This document shows positions 56,126-64,000 of a DNA stretch of 64,000 bases, in pieces (position 1 is the stretch's first letter; each line of letters opens with the position of its first letter). The DNA is taken from contig JANRLF010000001.1 of the NCBI GenBank assembly GCA_033762815.1, positions 324,490-388,489 of the forward strand. The letters are read 5' to 3'. The stretch comes from Chitinophagales bacterium (lineage in GTDB: Bacteria > Bacteroidota > Bacteroidia > Chitinophagales > CAIOSU01). A model generated the notes under the pieces. The model was not told where the DNA came from. It ran no database searches and worked only from the letters and a program-made list of their open reading frames with translations. The translations under genes and the position numbers were made by a program.

Positions 56126-57373
56126 ATGCAGCCCTCTTTAAACGATGCACCCGTTGGTAGACTGGAAGTATTAAAACTAAGGGAATTTCGTTTTTTCCTG
56201 GCTACCCGCATGTGTTTGACCCTTGCCATGCAAATACAGGCATTGGTGGTAGGCTGGCAAATATACCAATTGACCCATGACCCGCTTGATTTAGGCTTAA
56301 TTGGTTTGGCAGAAGTGGTTCCCTCCATTGGGGTATCGTTATATGCAGGCCATGTTGCCGATTTAGTGAGCCGTAGGCGGATTATCCTGCTTTGTTTGCT
56401 CACCCTGCTTGTCAGCACTATTGGCTTATGGATACTATCATGGCCTATGGCCCAGCCCTTATTGCAGTCCACCACCTTTCCCATTTATGCCATTATTTTT
56501 GTTACAGGGCTTGGTAGGGGATTCATAGGGCCGGCCATTTTTGGATTTTTGACACAGGTAGTAGAAAAAAGGCAACTTACTACTGCCGTAAACTGGGCAA
56601 GTACCAACTGGCAGGTAAGCTCTGTTTTGGGCCTTACCGCTGGCGGCTTTTTATTGGACTGGCTAGGCCTGAGCGCTACTTATCTCATTCAGGTGATGCT
56701 GTTGGGGCTGGGTATGGGAATGTGTTTATTGATTGCCGCTAAGCCCAACCCTGAAATTGTTGGCGAATACCACTTGAAGGAACGCCTCACTGCAGGCATC
56801 AAGTTTATTTTCAATAACCAGATTATCCTTAGTGCCATTTCACTTGATTTGTTTGCTGTACTGTTCGGTGGGGCAGAAGCTTTGCTGCCCATCTTCCAAA
56901 AAGAAATATTGCAGGTGGACGAAAGCGGACTGGGTATCCTTAGGGCTGCTCCTGCGGTAGGTGCCATTTGCATGGCTGCATGGCTGGCCTATCGGCCGAT
57001 TGCAAAAGACGCTGGCCGCAAATTGTTGTTGAGCGTAGTGGCGTTTGGTTTTAGCATGATATTGTTCGGTGCCTCCCAGTGGTTTTGGCTTTCTGTTTTT
57101 GCCCTATTCCTCAGCGGCATATTCGATTATGTGAGCGTGATTATCCGCAGCACCCTGTTGCAGACCCATACTCCTGAAAACATGAAAGGCAGGGTATCGT
57201 CAGTCAATAACATTTTTGTAGGATCGAGTAATGAGATTGGAGCCTTTGAATCTGGCGTTATGGCAAGGCTGATGGGTACTGCCATATCCGTAATTTTCGG
57301 GGGCTGTATGACCATCGTCGTGGTTATCATTACCGCTTGGAAAGCTAAAAGCCTTCGCAAGCTAGACCTGTAA
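56126..57373 (+). CDS. MFS transporter
   Basis: 415 aa with 12 TM helices. MFS motif between TM2 and TM3 (GHVADLVSRRRII). Confidence 0.85.
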   Translation: MQPSLNDAPVGRLEVLKLREFRFFLATRMCLTLAMQIQALVVGWQIYQLTHDPLDLGLIGLAEVVPSIGVSLYAGHVADLVSRRRIILLCLLTLLVSTIGLWILSWPMAQPLLQSTTFPIYAIIFVTGLGRGFIGPAIFGFLTQVVEKRQLTTAVNWASTNWQVSSVLGLTAGGFLLDWLGLSATYLIQVMLLGLGMGMCLLIAAKPNPEIVGEYHLKERLTAGIKFIFNNQIILSAISLDLFAVLFGGAEALLPIFQKEILQVDESGLGILRAAPAVGAICMAAWLAYRPIAKDAGRKLLLSVVAFGFSMILFGASQWFWLSVFALFLSGIFDYVSVIIRSTLLQTHTPENMKGRVSSVNNIFVGSSNEIGAFESGVMARLMGTAISVIFGGCMTIVVVIITAWKAKSLRKLDL

Positions 57374-57376
57374 TAC

Positions 57377-57913
57377 TTACCAATCTTCTTTCTTCTCGGT
57401 AGGGATGGGCTGGCTCAAAGTCTTTTGCATATTGGCAACCAAATCGGTCATGTATTGGTGTACTTGGCCCAGATACCCGTATTGTACATTTTTGTTGGGC
57501 GCAGAGGCATCCAGCCACTTTTCAATATATAGCTTTGGGGTTTGGAAGAAATAGATTTCGTTGATTGTGTACTTGTAACGGCCTTCTTTTGCCTGAATTT
57601 CTATTTCATACTTTACCATGCCTTTTTTGTTGGGCTTGCCATCAAGGGTATCATACACCATTATGGAGTGTTTCCCTTTTACCAAACCGGTACTTTCATT
57701 GTAGGAAATGATTACGCTGGAAGGATTGGTATAAAAAGTATTGAACCAATAGTAGGCTCTTTTGTACAAATCGTTGGCTGAAGCCCCGTTTACGTTTACC
57801 ACTTCGGTATATACTACATGGCCAGTGGTTTTATCAATGGGTACCGGAGCTTGTGCGGTCACAGTTCCATAGCAGGCAATCAAAGCAAGGAAAAGGATAG
57901 ATAGTTGTTTCAT
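57377..57913 (-). CDS. secreted DUF4468-like protein
   Basis: Signal peptide. 178 aa beta-rich protein. Confidence 0.5.
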   Translation of the reverse strand: MKQLSILFLALIACYGTVTAQAPVPIDKTTGHVVYTEVVNVNGASANDLYKRAYYWFNTFYTNPSSVIISYNESTGLVKGKHSIMVYDTLDGKPNKKGMVKYEIEIQAKEGRYKYTINEIYFFQTPKLYIEKWLDASAPNKNVQYGYLGQVHQYMTDLVANMQKTLSQPIPTEKKEDW

Positions 57914-57983
57914 GGCTGTTGGTTAGGATTCCAAAAATAGGATTTTTTGAAAACGAATGCTTAAAAGAAAGATTGCCTTGTTG

Positions 57984-58358
57984 CTAAGCTTTGCTTTTCT
58001 TTTTCGTCATGTTTTGCCCAACACGGTACCTTACGATTTTTGCAATCAAGTCTAGCGGTAAAGGTTGGTCAAAGGGAAATTGTACGGAACCTTTCCCTTG
58101 TTGGTAGGGTGCCAAGTCATCTTTAAAAGCTTCCAATCCGGTAGGTGCAGGATAAAAACCGATATGGTTCTTAAAAGCGGCAAAATGTACCAGGTTGCCA
58201 TTCAGTTTAAAAGTAGGAATTGCATAGCTAATGGCTTCCGTTGCTTCAGGAGCATTTGCTTGTATTGTTTTTCTTATCAATTCCAATCTCTGCTGCACCT
58301 CTTCCGGGAAGCAGGCTATATAGGCTGCTATGGTGGCTGGCTTCTCTTCGTAGTTCAT
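57984..58358 (-). CDS. DUF1801 (YdhG-like) domain protein
   Basis: 124 aa matching DUF1801 in size and motif pattern. Confidence 0.55.
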   Translation of the reverse strand: MNYEEKPATIAAYIACFPEEVQQRLELIRKTIQANAPEATEAISYAIPTFKLNGNLVHFAAFKNHIGFYPAPTGLEAFKDDLAPYQQGKGSVQFPFDQPLPLDLIAKIVRYRVGQNMTKKKSKA

Positions 58359-58433
58359 TCGTTATCACCTAGTTGCTCTTTTCAACCAACAATAAGTACT
58401 ATTGTCTTGCTACTCAATACCCCCTACTAGCTA

Positions 58434-60820
<2,387 letters not shown>

Positions 60821-60956
60821 GGGAGGGCTTGTTCAAATGACGGTGCAAAGTTATGGAAAATGCCCCAAGCAAGGAAATGGATTTAGCTTTCTTCACTAAA
60901 ACAGCCCCTATTCAGGGGCTGTAAAAAACACACACATTCAGGAAAACTAAAGTATC

Positions 60957-63572
60957 TTAATTACACTTGCTATGGCCGCAGCCTTTGCAGTTGAGGCAGC
61001 CCTCTTCGTATACCAAGGTGCTTTCGCCACATTTTTCGCAGGTGTTATCAGATGGGACAGTGCCATCGGGTATATACTTTTTCAAGGCACGGGCCACGCC
61101 GTTCTTCCAAGTATTCAACGATTCGCTATCCAGTTGCAGGTTGCTGATAACATCTACCGCTGCAGGTATAGGCATACCGTGGCGCAAAATACCGCTAATC
61201 AATTTGGCATAATTCCAGTATTCCTTATTGAAGGAACGGCTTAGGCCTTCAATGGTTACTTTATAGCCGTCCTTGTCCTGATACTGGAAGTCGTACCTTG
61301 ATTTGCCTTCATCGGTCACATTGCGAATAACCCATCCATTGGTAACATAAGCAGGAATCAGGAAGGTATCATCGGCCCGGCCGGTAAATATCTCATACGG
61401 GCGTCCATTGAACAAGCCTACCACCGCTATCCATTTCTCATTGTCGTTACTAAAGCGTTGAAACTCTGCTTCCAGCACTTTGGGGCGGGGAGGGGCCTGT
61501 GTTTCTTGAAATTCATTGGCAGGTGCTTTTTCCTTTTTCTCCTTATTGTCTGCTATCAACACCCCTGAACGTGACCCATCGCGATAAACGGTGATGCCCT
61601 TGCAACCACTTTCCCAACCGGTAACATATATTTTGGCTACCAGTTCTTCCGTCACTTCGTTCGGTACGTTCACCGTTACGCTAATGGAATGGTCCACCCA
61701 TTTTTGAATGGCGCCCTGCATTTTTACCTTACTTACCCAATCGACGTCATTGGCAGTTGCCTTGTAGTAGGGCGATTGTTCAATTACTTGTTGCAATTCA
61801 GCATCGGTCATGTTGGCTACCGCTTTCATGTCGAAGCCATTAGTCTCCAGCCAAGTGATAAACTTGTGGTGGAACACGTGGTATTCTTCCCAAGAATCGC
61901 CCACTTCATCCACAAAGTCAACCCTTGCGCTTTTGTCATGTGGGTTCACTTTCCTTCTGCGCTTGTACGATACCATGAACACCGGCTCCACTCCCGAAGT
62001 GGTTTGGCTCATGATGCTAGTGGTACCGGTAGGGGCAATGGTCAACAAAGCAATATTACGCCTGCCATATTTCACCATGTCTTTGTACAATTCCGGGTCG
62101 GCTTCTTTGATTCGATTGATAAACGGATTGTTCTTTTCCCGCTTGGCATCCCATATCTGGAAGGGTCCACGGTCGCGGGCCATGTCCACCGATGAACGGT
62201 AGGCGCCCAAGGCCAATGTTTTTTGCACTAGAGTAGCAAATTCCAGTGCGACATCAGTACCGTAACGGATACCCAAAGCGGCCATCATATCCCCCTCGGC
62301 GGTAATGCCCACGCCCGTACGGCGACCTTGAGCGCACTTAATTTTGATTTCCTTCCACAGGTTCAGTTCGGTGCGCTTCAATTGCATCGGTTCTGGGTCG
62401 TCTTCTATCTTTTGCAGGATCTGCTCGATTTTTTCCATTTCCAAATCCACAATATCGTCCATAATCCTTTGCGCCATTTCCACATGTTTGCGGAACAGTT
62501 CAAAGTCAAAGGAAGCTTGTGGCGTGAATGGGTTGCTCACATAGCTGTATAAGTTGATGGCCAGAAGGCGGCAGCTATCATAAGGGCACAAGGGAATTTC
62601 GCCACATGGGTTGGTGGAAACGGTAGTGAAGCCCAAATCGGCATAGCAATCAGGGATGGATTCGCGGATAATGGTATCCCAAAACAGAATACCAGGCTCG
62701 GCAGATTTCCATGCATTATGGATGATTTTGTTCCACAGTTGCTTCGCCTTTATTTGCTTAACGAACTTAGGATTGGCGGCATTTATGGGGTATTGCTGGG
62801 TGTACTCTTGATCCTCCACAACGGCCCGCATGAATTCGTCATCTATTTTTACCGATACGTTCGCACCGGTCACTTTTGTGCCGTCCAGCTTAGCATCGAT
62901 GAATTTTTCCGCATCCGGATGTTTGATTGACACGGATAACATTAAAGCTCCCCTTCGTCCGTCTTGAGCTACCTCGCGGGTAGAGTTGGAATATCGCTCC
63001 ATAAAAGGTACAATACCCGTGGAAGTCAATGCGCTGTTCATAACCGGTGAACCATAGGGGCGGATGTGTGAAAGGTCATGGCCCACACCCCCGCGGCGTT
63101 TCATCAACTGCACCTGTTCCTCATCCGTTTTCATAATGGCACCATACGAATCCGCATTGCTGCCGTTGCCGATAACGAAGCAGTTGGACAGTGATGCCAC
63201 TTGATAGTCATTGCCCATGCCTGTCATGGGGCCACCCTGTGGAATGATGTAGCGGAAGTCTTTCAACACTTCGTAAATTTCCTCTACGGTATAAGGGTTG
63301 GGGTATTTAGCCTCCACTCGGGCTATTTCCCTTGCCAACCTCCAATGCATATCATCGGGGGTCAATTCATAGATATTGCCATAAGAGTCCTTCATGGCAT
63401 ATTTGTTAATCCACACGTTGGCTGCCAATTCATCCCCTTTGAAGTACTTGATGGTTGCTTTCAATACTTCATCATAGGTATAGGTGCGGGGCTTAACAAC
63501 GGTCATTTTTTCTTGCTTTACTGGTGCTTCAGCTTCGGCAACCAAAGTTTCTGTGGTGGACTCTTTCAACAT
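60957..63572 (-). CDS. nrdJ: adenosylcobalamin-dependent ribonucleotide reductase, class II
   Basis: 871 aa class II RNR with catalytic Cys/Asn/Glu region and C-terminal Cys-rich zinc ribbon (CEKCG...CLNCKGCGHSKC). Confidence 0.9.
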   Translation of the reverse strand: MLKESTTETLVAEAEAPVKQEKMTVVKPRTYTYDEVLKATIKYFKGDELAANVWINKYAMKDSYGNIYELTPDDMHWRLAREIARVEAKYPNPYTVEEIYEVLKDFRYIIPQGGPMTGMGNDYQVASLSNCFVIGNGSNADSYGAIMKTDEEQVQLMKRRGGVGHDLSHIRPYGSPVMNSALTSTGIVPFMERYSNSTREVAQDGRRGALMLSVSIKHPDAEKFIDAKLDGTKVTGANVSVKIDDEFMRAVVEDQEYTQQYPINAANPKFVKQIKAKQLWNKIIHNAWKSAEPGILFWDTIIRESIPDCYADLGFTTVSTNPCGEIPLCPYDSCRLLAINLYSYVSNPFTPQASFDFELFRKHVEMAQRIMDDIVDLEMEKIEQILQKIEDDPEPMQLKRTELNLWKEIKIKCAQGRRTGVGITAEGDMMAALGIRYGTDVALEFATLVQKTLALGAYRSSVDMARDRGPFQIWDAKREKNNPFINRIKEADPELYKDMVKYGRRNIALLTIAPTGTTSIMSQTTSGVEPVFMVSYKRRRKVNPHDKSARVDFVDEVGDSWEEYHVFHHKFITWLETNGFDMKAVANMTDAELQQVIEQSPYYKATANDVDWVSKVKMQGAIQKWVDHSISVTVNVPNEVTEELVAKIYVTGWESGCKGITVYRDGSRSGVLIADNKEKKEKAPANEFQETQAPPRPKVLEAEFQRFSNDNEKWIAVVGLFNGRPYEIFTGRADDTFLIPAYVTNGWVIRNVTDEGKSRYDFQYQDKDGYKVTIEGLSRSFNKEYWNYAKLISGILRHGMPIPAAVDVISNLQLDSESLNTWKNGVARALKKYIPDGTVPSDNTCEKCGESTLVYEEGCLNCKGCGHSKCN

Positions 63573-63633
63573 AATTGATGCTATTTTAGTTTGACTATGG
63601 GGTGGTAATGGCTATTGAATTCGATTACAAATT

Positions 63634-63690
63634 ACTATGTGAAACATAGTTCACAAACGGATTTTATAAACACACAAAATTGGATTGTGT
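63634..63690. promoter_or_regulatory. two palindromes upstream of nrdJ (actatgtgaaacatagt and acacaaaattggattgtgt). Candidate NrdR-box-like operators
   Basis: Perfect inverted repeats 60-120 bp upstream of the nrdJ start on its 5' side. The second resembles the NrdR consensus acaCwAtATaTwGtgt. Confidence 0.4.
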
Positions 63691-63868
63691 ATTATAGGCT
63701 ATGCGATGGTGGAAATTTTCTGCTGAAAAATTTGGCTGGTTTTTCAATGCCTTGTGCCCATTGAATTGCACTTGCTGGCTATTATTCAAAATATTAAGGA
63801 AATGTTAACAACCTGTGTGGGAAATAAAAATCAGCTTCCGTTAATTTTGGCTCCGTTCTTAAGGACGG

Positions 63869-64000
63869 TATGTTGAAGCACTTTGTTTTTTTAGGTATCC
63901 TATTGTTTTTTTGGCAGGGGTTATTGGCTCAAAACGGTAACCTCTCAGGCCGCGCAACGGATATCGCATCTGGTGATGCCATACCCTATGCCACTATTAT
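63869..64000 (+). CDS. partial CDS, N-terminus of a TonB-dependent receptor (signal peptide plus carboxypeptidase-regulatory-like domain start)
   Basis: MLKHFVFLGILLFFWQGLLAQNGNLSGRATDIASGDAIPYATI, matching the typical SusC/TonB-receptor N-terminus. Truncated by the window. Confidence 0.5.

Noticed and set aside
63573-63868. Cobalamin riboswitch upstream of nrdJ
   Set aside because: No B12-box-like core (GCCACTG context) is seen on the nrdJ-sense strand. Class II RNR genes are not usually riboswitch-controlled. Palindromic operators are the more plausible regulatory elements.

Overview
This 64 kb window is a Bacteroidota chromosomal segment, probably Sphingobacteriia or Chitinophagia. The assignment rests on a T9SS C-terminal sorting tail, TAnnTTTG -7 promoter motifs, a fused E1 alpha/beta dehydrogenase and the conserved rpsU-xerC-hpf gene order. 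Both strands are densely coding. Housekeeping genes make up most of it: folB, oxyR-ahpC-ahpD, rnr, ftsE, csp, rpsU-xerC-hpf, otsAB fusion, fpg, lysA, eno, carA, class II nrdJ, a tRNA-Cys(GCA) and an amino-acid permease. There is a phosphorelay consisting of a hybrid HK, a stand-alone Hpt protein and a membrane-anchored REC protein, and a TerB/NfeD/flotillin cluster.

Five accessory regions stand out.
1. A roughly 1.4 kb structured noncoding region at 1836-3290, next to tRNA-Cys, made of 11-bp-periodic tandem arrays and a three-copy GC-rich palindromic element.
2. A type I secretion-like ABC/HlyD/TolC operon at 14204-18698 whose ABC component has a fully degenerate ATPase domain. Upstream, on the minus strand (so divergent from the operon), lies an overlapping pair of membrane proteins shaped like SdpA/SdpB.
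3. An AT-rich island at 20.3-25.5 kb carrying a PhyH-type dioxygenase, a second 2OG oxygenase, a Cys-rich lipoprotein and a Wzm/Wzt exporter. It is bracketed by a CoA-transferase and an acyl-CoA dehydrogenase that carry near-identical SCP2 lipid-carrier modules.
4. Two sterol-desaturase-family membrane hydroxylases with large transmembrane extensions. One sits beside an FNR-[2Fe-2S] reductase and the other beside a STAS protein.
5. Two RelE-family toxin-antitoxin modules, with lysA between them; lysA itself is bracketed by a perfect 16-bp direct repeat.

No CRISPR array, prophage or recognisable defence system is present.
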